NCBI GenBank assembly: GCA_963829055.1
Contig: CAWHHI010000003.1
Location: 384,001-448,000, forward strand
Length of the DNA stretch: 64,000 nucleotides
Reading direction: 5' to 3'
DNA from: an uncultured Gemmatimonadaceae bacterium
GTDB taxonomy: Bacteria > Gemmatimonadota > Gemmatimonadetes > Gemmatimonadales > Gemmatimonadaceae
Position 1 is the stretch's first letter, and each line of letters opens with the position of its first letter. Both the position numbers and the translations under genes were made by a program. The notes beneath the pieces are model-generated. The model worked only from the letters and a program-made list of their open reading frames with translations. It was not told the origin of the DNA and ran no database searches. Positions 48,838 to 59,106 of this stretch are shown piece by piece.

Positions 48838-50421
48838 ATGAAACGCAACCGTACTGCTCTCCTCGTCGGCATTGTTGCCGCCCCGCTGCTCGTTGGTGGA
48901 TTCGTCGTTCAGGAGCGCGCAACCGCCGACGGCGCTCGGCTCTTTGGCCAAGTGCTGGACCTCGTCTCTTCTCGCTTCGTTGACACCGTCGACGCGGCGT
49001 CGCTGTACGAGAAGGCCGCACGCGGCCTCGTAGGGCAACTGCAGGATCCCTACAGCGAACTGATGTCGCCGTCGCAGCTTCGCTCGTTCAACAGCAACAC
49101 GGGCGGACGCTACGGTGGACTCGGCATGTCTATCGAGGAGCAGCAGGGGAAAGGCATCACCGTCGCGAAGGTTTTTCACAACACTCCGGCCGAACGTGCC
49201 GGCATTCGTGAAGGCGACGTGATTGTTCTCGTCGATACGGTCTCGACGCGCGGCTGGACGTCCAAGAAGACCGCTGACGCGCTGACGGGTTCGCCCGGCA
49301 CGAAGGTCAACGTCGGCTTCTCGCGTCCCGGCGTCGCTGCGCCGATCAAGGTGGAGTTCACCCGCGCGGTTATTCGCGTACCCGCAGTGCCGTACGAGAT
49401 CACGTTCGACGGAAAGGTCGGCTACATCCCGCTCGAGCAGTTCAATGAGAACGCGACGTCCGAGCTCGTCGAGAGCGTCAAACGGCTGCAGAACGAAGGC
49501 GCACGTGGCATCGTGCTCGACCTTCGCAGCAATCCCGGCGGCTTCCTCGACCAAGCGCTCTCCATCAGCAACCTGTTCCTTCGTCAGGGGCAGGAGATCG
49601 CGAGCGTCCGCGGCCGCAACACCGAGCCGCAGATGTACTTCGCGCGCGAGAAGCCAATGGCGCCGGACGTCCCACTGGTCATCCTCACGAATCAGTACAC
49701 GGCGTCAGCGTCCGAAATCGTCGCCGGCGCGTTGCAGGACCATGACCGCGCGGTGATCGTCGGCAACACGTCGTTCGGAAAGGGACTCGTGCAGACGCTG
49801 TTCAACCTCGACGGCGGCTGGGCGCTCAAGATGACAACGGCCAAGTGGTATACGCCGAGTGGCCGCTCGATTCAGAAGGAGCGGAAGCTCACGCCCGACG
49901 GCCAGTTCGTCGAAGTGCATCCCGACTCGCTCGAGTCTGATTCGGCGCGCAAGGCACGTCCGCAGTTCAAGTCCGACGGCGGCCGCGTGGTCTACGGCGG
50001 CGGTGCGGTGACGCCGGATCTTCTCGTGCAGGCCGACACGCTCACCACGGCCGAGCAGGATTTCCGTAAGGCGATGGCGCCGAAATCCCAGGAGTATTAC
50101 GTCGCACTCTACGACCTCGCGTACGAGCTCAAGGCTCAGGTGAAGCCGGACTTCGTCGTGAAGCCCGAGTGGCGGAACGATTTCCTTGGACGACTCGAGA
50201 AAGCGGGCGTGAAGGTCGATCGCAAACAGTGGGACGCTGCCACCTCGCTCATCGATCGTGACCTCGAGTTGCGCGTTGCTCGTTCGGCGTTCGGTGACTC
50301 GACTGTTCGTCGCCGCACACTGGACGAAGACCCGCAGCTGCGGAAGGCGATCGAGATCATCCAGCGCGGGCAGTCACAGAAGGATCTGTTCGCCCTCGTC
50401 GCGTCGAGGTCGCAGCGATAG
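48838..50421 (+). CDS. ctpA: S41 carboxy-terminal processing protease
   Basis: PDZ domain; LDLRSNPGG, TASASEIVAGALQD, SFGKGLVQ and YTPSGRSI. Confidence 0.92.
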   Translation: MKRNRTALLVGIVAAPLLVGGFVVQERATADGARLFGQVLDLVSSRFVDTVDAASLYEKAARGLVGQLQDPYSELMSPSQLRSFNSNTGGRYGGLGMSIEEQQGKGITVAKVFHNTPAERAGIREGDVIVLVDTVSTRGWTSKKTADALTGSPGTKVNVGFSRPGVAAPIKVEFTRAVIRVPAVPYEITFDGKVGYIPLEQFNENATSELVESVKRLQNEGARGIVLDLRSNPGGFLDQALSISNLFLRQGQEIASVRGRNTEPQMYFAREKPMAPDVPLVILTNQYTASASEIVAGALQDHDRAVIVGNTSFGKGLVQTLFNLDGGWALKMTTAKWYTPSGRSIQKERKLTPDGQFVEVHPDSLESDSARKARPQFKSDGGRVVYGGGAVTPDLLVQADTLTTAEQDFRKAMAPKSQEYYVALYDLAYELKAQVKPDFVVKPEWRNDFLGRLEKAGVKVDRKQWDAATSLIDRDLELRVARSAFGDSTVRRRTLDEDPQLRKAIEIIQRGQSQKDLFALVASRSQR

Positions 50422-50430
50422 CTTTCCTGC

Positions 50431-51522
50431 ATGACGAGACAGGCTTTTAGCGCCGCCACGACTCTCGTCGTGGCGGCGTTTGCGTATGGGTGTCACTCGG
50501 CCCCGAATCCTGCACCGGCCCCTGCCGGCGCCGCTCCCACCGCCGCAGCCCGCGTCGACGCGGAGCCGGGCGAGTCGCACCTGGTGAACATCCGCCGTCT
50601 TACGAACGGCGGAGAGAACGCTGAGGCGTACTTCAGCCGCGACGGCCAGTGGCTGACGTTCCAGTCTACGCGCGAGGGACGGACGTGCGATCAGCAGTAC
50701 GTAATGCGCACGGACGGTTCAGGGCTTCGCCGCATCTCCAACGGAGATGGTAAGACGACCTGCGGGTATTTCTTCGACGGGGATCGACAGCTCCTCTTCG
50801 CATCCACACACGCGCACGGCGCAGCGTGTCCTGCGCGACCTGACGCGTCACAGGGATACGTCTGGGGACTCGACAAGTTCGACATCTACACGACGGATCG
50901 CGATGGCTCGAAGCTTCGTCGCCTGACGAACTACGACGTGTACACCGCGGAGGGGACGCTGTCGCCCGACGGACGGACGGTCGTGTTCACGTCGCTGAAG
51001 GATGGCGATCTGGACATCTACACGATGAACATCGACGGCTCGCACATCCGGCGCCTAACGACGGCACCGGGCTACGACGGCGGACCGTTCTTCTCTCCGG
51101 ACGGGAAGCGCATCGTCTATCGCGCCTACCATCCGACGGATTCCGTTGAGCTGCGCACGTATCGCGACTTGCTGCGTCAGGAAATGGTGCGGCCGAACAA
51201 GATGGAGATCTGGGTCATGAACGCCGACGGCTCCGATCAGCGTCAGGTGACGAACCTGGGGGGAGCCAACTTCGCGCCATTCTTCACGCCGGACGGTCGG
51301 CGCATCATCTTCTCGTCGAATCACAAGAACCCACGCAGCCGCAATTTCGATCTGTACCTCGTGAATCCGGATGGGACAGGGCTCGAACAGGTCACGACGA
51401 ACCCGGACTTCGACGGCTTCCCGCAATTCAGCCCGGACGGCAGGGAGATCGTTTGGGCGTCCAACCGCTTCGACGCAAAACCCGGTGAGACGAACATCTT
51501 CATCGCGGATTGGAAGAACTAG
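50431..51522 (+). CDS. TolB-like PD40 beta-propeller lipoprotein
   Basis: Lipobox AYGC; GGENAEAYFS; repeated FSPDG. Confidence 0.88.
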   Translation: MTRQAFSAATTLVVAAFAYGCHSAPNPAPAPAGAAPTAAARVDAEPGESHLVNIRRLTNGGENAEAYFSRDGQWLTFQSTREGRTCDQQYVMRTDGSGLRRISNGDGKTTCGYFFDGDRQLLFASTHAHGAACPARPDASQGYVWGLDKFDIYTTDRDGSKLRRLTNYDVYTAEGTLSPDGRTVVFTSLKDGDLDIYTMNIDGSHIRRLTTAPGYDGGPFFSPDGKRIVYRAYHPTDSVELRTYRDLLRQEMVRPNKMEIWVMNADGSDQRQVTNLGGANFAPFFTPDGRRIIFSSNHKNPRSRNFDLYLVNPDGTGLEQVTTNPDFDGFPQFSPDGREIVWASNRFDAKPGETNIFIADWKN

Positions 51523-51543
51523 GTCACCAGCGAAGGAGTCACC

Positions 51544-52659
51544 ATGATCGGTATGATCTTATTCGCTATCCTCGCCGCTTTCGGCCTGACCGTTTTCGCG
51601 GCAGCCGTGAAGATCATCGGACAGGCCGAGGTCATGGTCATAGAGCGACTCGGTCGCTTTCACCGTGTCGGCCGATCGGGGTTGAACCTGTTGATCCCGT
51701 TCGTCGAACGCCCGCGTCCGATCGATGTCCGATACGTCGAAGCAGACGTTTCGGGGATGAAACGCATCACCTCGGGAACAACGTCTCGCATCGATCTGCG
51801 CGAGCAGGTGCTGAACTTTCCGAGTCAGCCCGTCATCACGAAGGACAACGTCACCATCGATATCGACGCGGTGCTGTACTACCGTATCGCCGATCCGCAG
51901 AAGGCGACCTACGCCGTCCAGAACCTTCCGTACGCGCTCGAGACCCTAACGCGAACGACGCTGCGCAACATCGTCGGCGAAATGGAGCTCGATCAGACGC
52001 TCGCGAGCCGCGATCAGATCAACAGGCGCATGCGCGAAGTCATCGAGGAAGCGTCCATCGGGTGGGGCGTCGACGTGACGCGCGTCGAGCTCCAGGCCAT
52101 CGAGCCGCCGCGCGACATCCAACAGTCGATGGAACTGCAGATGCGGGCGGAACGAGAGCGCCGCGCAGCGGTCACGAACGCCGAAGCCGGGAAACGCGCG
52201 GCGATCCTCGAGGCCGAGGGCCTCCGCGAATCGCAGGTCCGCAAGGCGGAGGGCGAGAAGGAAGCCGCGATCCTGCGCGCGGAGGGTTTGGCGACCGCGC
52301 GACTCGCCATGGCGCAGGCGGAAGCTGAAGCCATCCAGCGGATCACGGCGTCGCTGCCCGAGGGTCAGGCGGCGATGTACTTGCTTGGGCTCAAGTACCT
52401 GGAAGCGCTGCCGGCAGTAACGCAGGGCAAGGGAACGACGATCTTTCTCCCCGCCGAGGCCTCGGGCGTCATGGGCGCGCTTGGCGGTATGCGCGAGCTG
52501 CTCAAGGCAACTGCCGGGACCGGGGGCGCCGTTGGCGGCCCGAATCAGGCTGCGTACACACCGCCCGCCGCGCGACCGGCTTTCAAGTCGCTGGCCGACG
52601 GTACATCGGGCTCGACGATCGCCGGCTCGAGCCCATCCGGTTCCTCGGACAACAGCTAG
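51544..52659 (+). CDS. SPFH/band-7 (QmcA-like) protein
   Basis: IERLGRF, QPVITKDNV, WGVDVTRVE and QMRAERERRA. Confidence 0.92.
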   Translation: MIGMILFAILAAFGLTVFAAAVKIIGQAEVMVIERLGRFHRVGRSGLNLLIPFVERPRPIDVRYVEADVSGMKRITSGTTSRIDLREQVLNFPSQPVITKDNVTIDIDAVLYYRIADPQKATYAVQNLPYALETLTRTTLRNIVGEMELDQTLASRDQINRRMREVIEEASIGWGVDVTRVELQAIEPPRDIQQSMELQMRAERERRAAVTNAEAGKRAAILEAEGLRESQVRKAEGEKEAAILRAEGLATARLAMAQAEAEAIQRITASLPEGQAAMYLLGLKYLEALPAVTQGKGTTIFLPAEASGVMGALGGMRELLKATAGTGGAVGGPNQAAYTPPAARPAFKSLADGTSGSTIAGSSPSGSSDNS

Positions 52660-52669
52660 GAGTCATGAC

Positions 52670-52894
52670 TTGGCCAAGGTGATCACCCGCGAACGCGCTG
52701 AGCGGATCGCGCGGGCGCACGCCTGTGAGCATTGCAAGGAGTACAGCTTCAAGAAGCTTGTCGTGAAGCCGGCGACCGACGCGAACAAAGCCGAATTCAA
52801 CGAGACATGGCACGCCGTGCGAATCTGCGGCGTGTGCGGCTCGCACGAGGAAATCGGCATCGATGGCGAGGGAGATATCGTGTACGTCGCGTGA
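52670..52894 (+). CDS. small zinc-finger protein
   Basis: AGGAG RBS then TTG; CEHC...CGVC. Confidence 0.7.
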   Translation: MAKVITRERAERIARAHACEHCKEYSFKKLVVKPATDANKAEFNETWHAVRICGVCGSHEEIGIDGEGDIVYVA

Positions 52895-52917
52895 GGCTGC
52901 AGCCGCGACGCCGTCCG

Positions 52918-53658
52918 TCAGGGCCACGGCATCTTTTTGGAGTACGGTGTTCCGAACAGCGCGCTGAGGAGCGGATCTGGATCTTCGAGGCGCGCCACGA
53001 CGTCGATCAGATCGCCGCTAAGGACAGGTCGGTCGAACGTGCTGTAGCGGCGATAGCCGTGACAGAAGCACAGCGGCCCGCGACGTGAAAGGCGTCCGAG
53101 CAGAATGTCCGGGATCCCGACCCAGGACGACACGAAGAAATTGCTGAGCGTTCGCGGCCACATCGCGTCGTCGTTCACGATGCCTCTCGGCATTGATCCG
53201 TGCTTCCCCCACTGCACGTCGATCGAGACGGTTCCGCGGCCACGCCAGTCTGCGTGGAGCACCTTCCCGTGCCAGTACGTCCAAATGTCTGTTGGCGCCT
53301 GAGTCGAGTCATAGCCGACCCACACGATCTCTTCGTCTGTCGCTTTCGTGAACGGGATCCAGGCGCCGTGAACGTCGTCGCGCCAGAGCAGGTAGTAACC
53401 GATGATTGGTCGGTTTGGATGGACGACTGCCACGACGCGCTCGAGCCGGAACCATTCGTCACGTTGCAGGTACAACACAGGCGCTAGTGCATGGGCTATG
53501 TGGACCGCTGGGTCGTCAGATGGGAGTGCCGAGGCGATCGCGGTTGGCCGAGTGGGGATGTGCGCTCTGGGGCCGCATCCGGCGAGCAGGGCTGATGTGA
53601 CCAGCGCACAGGCTGGAAGCGGTAACCGCAAGGCGTATGTATGCCTAGATTTGCGCAT
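52918..53658 (-). CDS. hypothetical lipoprotein
   Basis: Lipobox LAGC; Trp-rich domain. Confidence 0.7.
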   Translation of the reverse strand: MRKSRHTYALRLPLPACALVTSALLAGCGPRAHIPTRPTAIASALPSDDPAVHIAHALAPVLYLQRDEWFRLERVVAVVHPNRPIIGYYLLWRDDVHGAWIPFTKATDEEIVWVGYDSTQAPTDIWTYWHGKVLHADWRGRGTVSIDVQWGKHGSMPRGIVNDDAMWPRTLSNFFVSSWVGIPDILLGRLSRRGPLCFCHGYRRYSTFDRPVLSGDLIDVVARLEDPDPLLSALFGTPYSKKMPWP

Positions 53659-53731
53659 TTAGATGGTTACTTTTCGGTAGTGAGACACTCTCGGTTGAGG
53701 GTTTCTCGCGGTTCACCATCGGGGAGGGAGC

Positions 53732-53941
53732 ATGAGAAAGCCACGTCCGAACACGTATAACCCCGCCCAGGCACTTCATCTCATCTCGAGCGATCGTAGC
53801 GGCCGACCGCTCAGTTGTCCATCGTGCTCTGGCCCGATCGAACGCGATCCTACGCACACGCCTCCGCCGCCTCGTTCGCAAGTGACGCTCCGCTGTCGCA
53901 ATTGTGGCCGCTTCGCGCGATACATCGCGGGAGCCGCATAA
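53732..53941 (+). CDS. small zinc-finger protein
   Basis: GGAGGGAG RBS; CPSC...CRNC. Confidence 0.6.
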   Translation: MRKPRPNTYNPAQALHLISSDRSGRPLSCPSCSGPIERDPTHTPPPPRSQVTLRCRNCGRFARYIAGAA

Positions 53942-54134
53942 AGCGCTGTCGTTCAATCGTTAAGCTAGAGCTCGTCGTCGTAAGTAGTGCATATTTCCTG
54001 CTTTTGGGGCCTGTCGATCTGCGTACATCCGTTTATTTTGGATGTACGGGTCTTGATCTGGTGGTCGCACCGCTCAGGGTGACCGGCAAGATCCGGGTCA
54101 CAGTTAGCCCCAGTACGGGACGAGGAAAGGTTTC

Positions 54135-54344
54135 ATGTCACGCATCAATGGCGTAGTGAAGTGGTTCAACGACGCGAAAGGATTCGGCTTCATTTCGCGC
54201 GACGGCGGCCCCGACGTGTTTGTCCACTTCAGCGCGATCCAAGGGTCCGGATTCAAGTCGCTGGCCGAGGGCGATCGAGTCGAGTTCGAGATCGTCCAGG
54301 GTCAGAAGGGTCCACAGGCGGCTGACGTCGTAAAGACGGCCTGA
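54135..54344 (+). CDS. cspA: cold-shock protein
   Basis: [24 protein letters not shown] and GQKGPQA. Confidence 0.96.
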   Translation: MSRINGVVKWFNDAKGFGFISRDGGPDVFVHFSAIQGSGFKSLAEGDRVEFEIVQGQKGPQAADVVKTA

Positions 54345-54358
54345 CCTCCTTCCCGATG

Positions 54359-54403
54359 AACGAAAGAGCGCCCCGGCATGCAATGCCGGGGCGCTCTTTC
54401 GTT
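54359..54403. terminator. bidirectional intrinsic terminator
   Basis: 21-bp stem AACGAAAGAGCGCCCCGGCAT-GCA-ATGCCGGGGCGCTCTTTCGTT. Confidence 0.85.
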
Positions 54404-54457
54404 TGGACCTTCTCTATGCTGTCGTCTCGTTGGCAGCTTCCGCCAACGTTGCCCACG

Positions 54458-54733
54458 TCACGCGGCAAAGATCTCGAGCTGGCGGAGGTCTCCGTCGCTC
54501 GTGCCCGTTGCTGGGTCGCTGCAGGCCCCGAGCAGATGCGCGGTCTGGTGGTACAATCGGAGTGTCTGCACTGGCGCGATCATCGCGCGACCGCCGCGGC
54601 GTGCTATGAGCAGTGCTTCCTCTCGCACCTGGCGCGGCAATGCGCGCGCAAGTGGATGGTGAAGCAGCTCCATGATTCGCTGGGCGTCGCGAGCCAGCAG
54701 CGCAGTGCAAAGGGTATCCAAAAACGCCAGCAC
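54458..54733 (-). CDS. small hypothetical protein ending in QLEIF
   Basis: GGAG RBS before GTG; AT-rich promoter-like stretch upstream; ends near the terminator. Confidence 0.55.
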   Translation of the reverse strand: MLAFLDTLCTALLARDAQRIMELLHHPLARALPRQVREEALLIARRGGRAMIAPVQTLRLYHQTAHLLGACSDPATGTSDGDLRQLEIFAA

Positions 54734-54836
54734 GGAGACTCCGTCGTATTTGGTGTTATATACACATTGTAACTAATACCCATGACGGTCAACCCTGTTC
54801 CCCGTAACAGGACAGACATTTTTCGCCCGGGGCACG

Positions 54837-54878
54837 GCTGAGCACCACCGGCGCGTTAACGCGCCGGTGGTGCTCAGC
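54837..54878. terminator. perfect 42-bp palindrome downstream of nrtR
   Basis: GCTGAGCACCACCGGCGCGTT|AACGCGCCGGTGGTGCTCAGC. Confidence 0.55.
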
Positions 54879-54906
54879 TCGATTCCCTCAGTTATTGGAG
54901 GGGCTC

Positions 54907-55612
54907 CTAGCCTGAAAGCAGATCGAAGCGGACCCCACGACGCTGATTCCTGCGCCGTCGAGGGGCGTAGCGGAACAGCTGGGCCGGGCGGCCACGCCCC
55001 TCGCTCCGCCACTCGTCTGTCGGCTCCACAAGCCACGCGGCCTGCAGGGCGCGTCGGAAGCTCGCCTTGTGAAGGCGACGCCCCAACAGCAGCTCATAGG
55101 TCTGCTGCAGCTCACTGAGCGTGAACGTTGGTGGCAGCAGACGAAACGCGATCGGAGCTTGGTCGAGCCGCAGGCGAATCGTCTCCAGGGCAGCATCGAG
55201 GAGCGCGCGCTGACGAGGCGTTATGCGTCGGCACATCCGCGAGCGCGAACCAACCACTCTCTTCGCCGTTCGGCAACGAGCTTCCTTGAGGCACCACGCC
55301 GACGTACGCGACGGACAAATCTGTTTCAGTCGGATGACGGCGCCCATCACCAAATGCGCCAACCTGCTCGAGCCACGTGGGCTCGACCTCAGCCGCTTCG
55401 GTAGCGATGCGTCGCGCCGCATCGATCATTGATTCATCTACCCGCGGCTCGTCGTGCGGCACCCACCAACGCTCACGCGCGCGCGCCTCGTCCGCTCGGA
55501 TGAGCAACACCGCGAGCTGCTTGCCTCGCGGCGTGAGAAGAACGACATCCACGGAGAATGTCGTGCGCCGCGGAACGGGTCGCGCAGCGGTGGCCTGAGG
55601 GCGTTCGCGCAT
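54907..55612 (-). CDS. nrtR: Nudix-related transcriptional regulator, frameshift near 55225
   Basis: SVDVVLLT, WLEQVGAFGD; C-terminal wHTH FTLSELQQTYE...KASFRR...GRPAQLFRY. Confidence 0.85.
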
Positions 55613-55621
55613 CGTGCGCGA

Positions 55622-55649
55622 ATTAGTCACGAAAGGAGACTAATGTCAA
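55622..55649 (-). promoter_or_regulatory. nrtR promoter with overlapping palindromic operator
   Basis: Minus-strand TTGACA at 55644-55649; ATTAGTC-N9-GACTAAT at 55622-55644. Confidence 0.6.
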
Positions 55650-55800
55650 GGCCTCGCGAATTTTGTCACGGTTCGACACCAACTCAGAGACACGTCGGCT
55701 CGCGCGCTTATTGTAGGTCGGTCGCGAGACACCGTCAACGTCTCGTTATGATCCGGACGCGATGCACGTTCGCATCCGATCTGCATCTCGCGTGTCACGC

Positions 55801-57650
55801 TCACATCTCGAGATCGCTGCGCGTCGCGTCACGGCGCTCACCTCCACCGAATGATGCAAATGGCGGAAGACTTATCGGCAACGTGCCCGTGATCGCACTC
55901 GAGCCCAGCAGCGCGCGCGCTGCTGCCTGCTGCGAGACTTGGCTCGGACCCCACGCGATCATGTACGACGACACAGACGGTGTCTGTTGCAGCAGATACG
56001 GCGTGCCGAACGACACGAGCACCAGGCGCCGACTGCTTCGCATTCCAAGCTTGGCAATGAAATCGACGAACGCACGAGGCGCACCGGCCGTGGCGGTCGT
56101 CGAACTGATATTCACGTACGATCCGACGAGCACGACGTCGGACGAATCAGCAGCTGCTAGCAGTCGCTGAAAATCTGGAGCGACGTCGTCCGAGCTGACG
56201 AATTCGGTTCGCAAGCGAATCGTATGCACGTCGCATTTCCGCGGTGAACGCGACACCGGCGCCGAGATCGGTACGACGCGCGTACGTGATCGAGAGGACG
56301 CGCGTTGATCGCCGAGTGGAAAGCGGCACAGTTCGCATCGAATCGTTCACGAGCACTAGTCCGCGCTCGGCCACGCGCCGCGCAACCGCGGCATGAGTCG
56401 TATCGCCAACGATAGCGCGAACCGAATCGAGATTCACGAGGCGGGCGCGGTCGAGACCGAAGTGCCGCTTCCATCTCGAGCAGTCGTGCCACCGACGCGT
56501 CGATTCTCGATTCGGGATACCGACCTTCGCTGCACGGCAGCAACAACCGCGTCGATCGTCCCCGTCACGTCTGACGGCATGAGTAGCACATCCGCTCCCG
56601 CGGCGACCGCGCGCCGTGCGGCTTCAGCGGCGCCGAACTGGCGCAGCACACCAGCCATATCCATGGCGTCAGTGATCAACACACCGCCGTATCCGAGCGA
56701 GTCCCGGAGAAGTCCGGTGAGCACGCGCGGTGACAGCGTGGCAGGCACGCCGCTGCTGTCGAGGGCCGGCAGAATGCCATGATACGTCATGATCGCGCCG
56801 ATGCCCGCCGAGATCGCGGCGCGAAACGGTACGAGCTCTACCGAGTCGAGTCTCGCCCTACTGGCTGTAACCGTCGATAGCTCGAGATGGGAGTTCGTCT
56901 CGGTGTCTCCGTGACCGGGAAAATGCTTTCCCGTCGCGAGCATCCCGTGCTCCTGGACACCACGCACGAGCGCGGCACCAAGACGTGCGGTCAGCCGAGG
57001 GTCTTCGCTGAACGAGCGCGCGCCAATGACCGGGTTGGCCGGGTTGTTATTGACATCGAGTACCGGCCCAAAGCTGACGTGGATCCCGAGCGCCCTCCCC
57101 TCGAGCGCCGTAACACGACCGACGTCATACGCCAGCGTCGTGTCACGCGCTGCGCCGAGCGCCATCTGCAACGGGAAGACAGTCGCTCCGCCAAGATCGA
57201 TCGCGTTCGGCACAAAGTATCCACCGCGTACGCGAAAGCCGACTCCTGTCTCGAAGTCGGCGCTGAACAGTAGCGGGACGCGAGCCATGCGCTGAAGCGC
57301 ATTGATCTTCGTCGCAATGTCGAGTGGAGATCCCACCGACACGATGAAGCCGCCTACCTGCTCCTGCACGACGAGTCGCTCGAGCTGCGTCCACGATGGC
57401 GCGTCCGTTGCCGCATAGTCCCCAAGCATGAACGGCCACACCATCTGCGCCACCTTCTGTCGCAGCGACATCGTCGCGAGCACTGAGTCGGTCCACGCCG
57501 ACCGCTTCACCGATCGAGCATTGCCGGCGGCCACTGCACCAGAATGTTGGTGCGCGGGACGATGACGATGCACAAGCGGCCGCAAACACGCCGATTGTCG
57601 CGACCACAACGCGTGTCGACGCACTCCACCGCGCGTGACGACGCGGCCGC
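55801..57650 (-). CDS. glycoside hydrolase family 3 (beta-N-acetylglucosaminidase-like), several frameshifts, start uncertain
   Basis: SADFETG, PVLDVNNNPANPVIGARSF, KHFPGHGDT and ITDAMDM; GH3 C-domain SFGTPY. Confidence 0.88.
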
Positions 57651-57654
57651 GCCG

Positions 57655-57933
57655 CTACCACTGAATCGTTCCTTTCTTCGTCGTGTCGACGTCCTCGCCC
57701 ATTCCGCTCTTGAAGAGAAACGCCGTCATGTTGTTCGTGAGGAACGCGCGGGCTTGTGGATCCATCACATTGAGGCCGTAATGGTTGATCAGCATTGTCT
57801 GTTGCTTCAACCATTCGCTCCAACATTGCTGACAGATCTCCTGCACCACGCGTGCGCCGATCTTGCCGGGAAATGGAGGGCGTTCGAAGCCACTGCGCGT
57901 CTGTCCGCAGCGCGAGCAAGTCACGTCGGGCAT
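57655..57933 (-). CDS. yggX: Fe(II)-trafficking/oxidative damage protection protein
   Basis: PPFPGKIGARV...CWSEWLKQQTMLINHYGL. Confidence 0.88.
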   Translation of the reverse strand: MPDVTCSRCGQTRSGFERPPFPGKIGARVVQEICQQCWSEWLKQQTMLINHYGLNVMDPQARAFLTNNMTAFLFKSGMGEDVDTTKKGTIQW

Positions 57934-58148
57934 AAACTCTGGAGTCGAGGCGGTACGGGTCGATCTTTCGCGATGCCCGCTATGGCGAATCGATGGCGAT
58001 CATCGAAGGCATCGGTGTGCCCCGAAACGTAAAGTGCCGAGCGACTCACACCCAGTGGCGGAGATCGCTCGGCACTCTGCTTTCGCGGTTCGTCTTGCTG
58101 CTTTCGTCACGCACGCAGGTTCGCCGAGCGCGACGGTGTTCGCATTCG

Positions 58149-58911
58149 TTATGCGCGCCCTGTGCTGCGGGCGTACTGCACCTTCGCCAGGCCAATGAGC
58201 GACAGGATTCGGATGTAGAACCAACCTACATCGAACTCATACCATTTCGCTTTGAACTTCGCGGAGTGCGGGTCGGCGTGATGGTTGTTGTGCAGCTCTT
58301 CGCCGCCGAGCCAGATCGCGATCGGTGAGATGTTTCGGCTCTCGTCCTTGACCTCGAAGTTGCGGTAGCCGAGCGCGTGACCGACTCCATTGATGATTCC
58401 GGCCGCCCAGAACGGAATCCAGATCATCTGAACACCCCACACGATGGGGCCGACGAAGAAGCCAAAGAGATACAGATCGGCCACGAGCATCAGCGAGGAT
58501 GCCGACCCAGTTGAGACGGCTCAACAGCGCGCGCTCGATCCAGTCGTTGGGCGTTCCCTTGCCGTACTTTTCGAGGACGCCCGGTTGGCGGACGGCGGCG
58601 CGGTAGTAGAAGGCACCTTTGAGTACGATGTTTCGAAGCCCCTCGACGAGCGGGCTGTGCGGATCACCTTCTCGGTCCGCGAAAGCATGGTGCTTTCGAT
58701 GACATGCGACCCACTCCTTGGTGACGATCGCTGTGGACAGCCACAGCCAGATGCGCATTGGGAACGCCGCGAGAAAATGAAATTTGACGCTGCGATGAGT
58801 CTGTGCCCGATGTAGAAAGAGCGTCACGCAGACGTTCGTGAGGTGGCCGGCTACAATGATGAACACAATCGGTTTCCACCACGCCGTTCCCCAACTTCCA
58901 AAATCTGGCAT
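58149..58911 (-). CDS. acyl-lipid delta-9 fatty acid desaturase, frameshift near 58495
   Basis: His boxes HRAQTH, HRKHH and GEELHNNHH. Confidence 0.9.
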
Positions 58912-59106
58912 CGCGTCGTTTCTCCGTCCCGGTTTCGATCTGCCCCGTCGCAACGAGCACTCGACGATGAGGTCCGGCGCACGAGGGCGCCGGGAAATGA
59001 ACCCTCAATGTACAAAGCACCTTCCGCTCTTGACAACCACGACCGCACACTGGTTTCTGGCGTTGGGGCTTGCTCGGCGCTACTGGGCTACATACCGTCA
59101 CCAACA

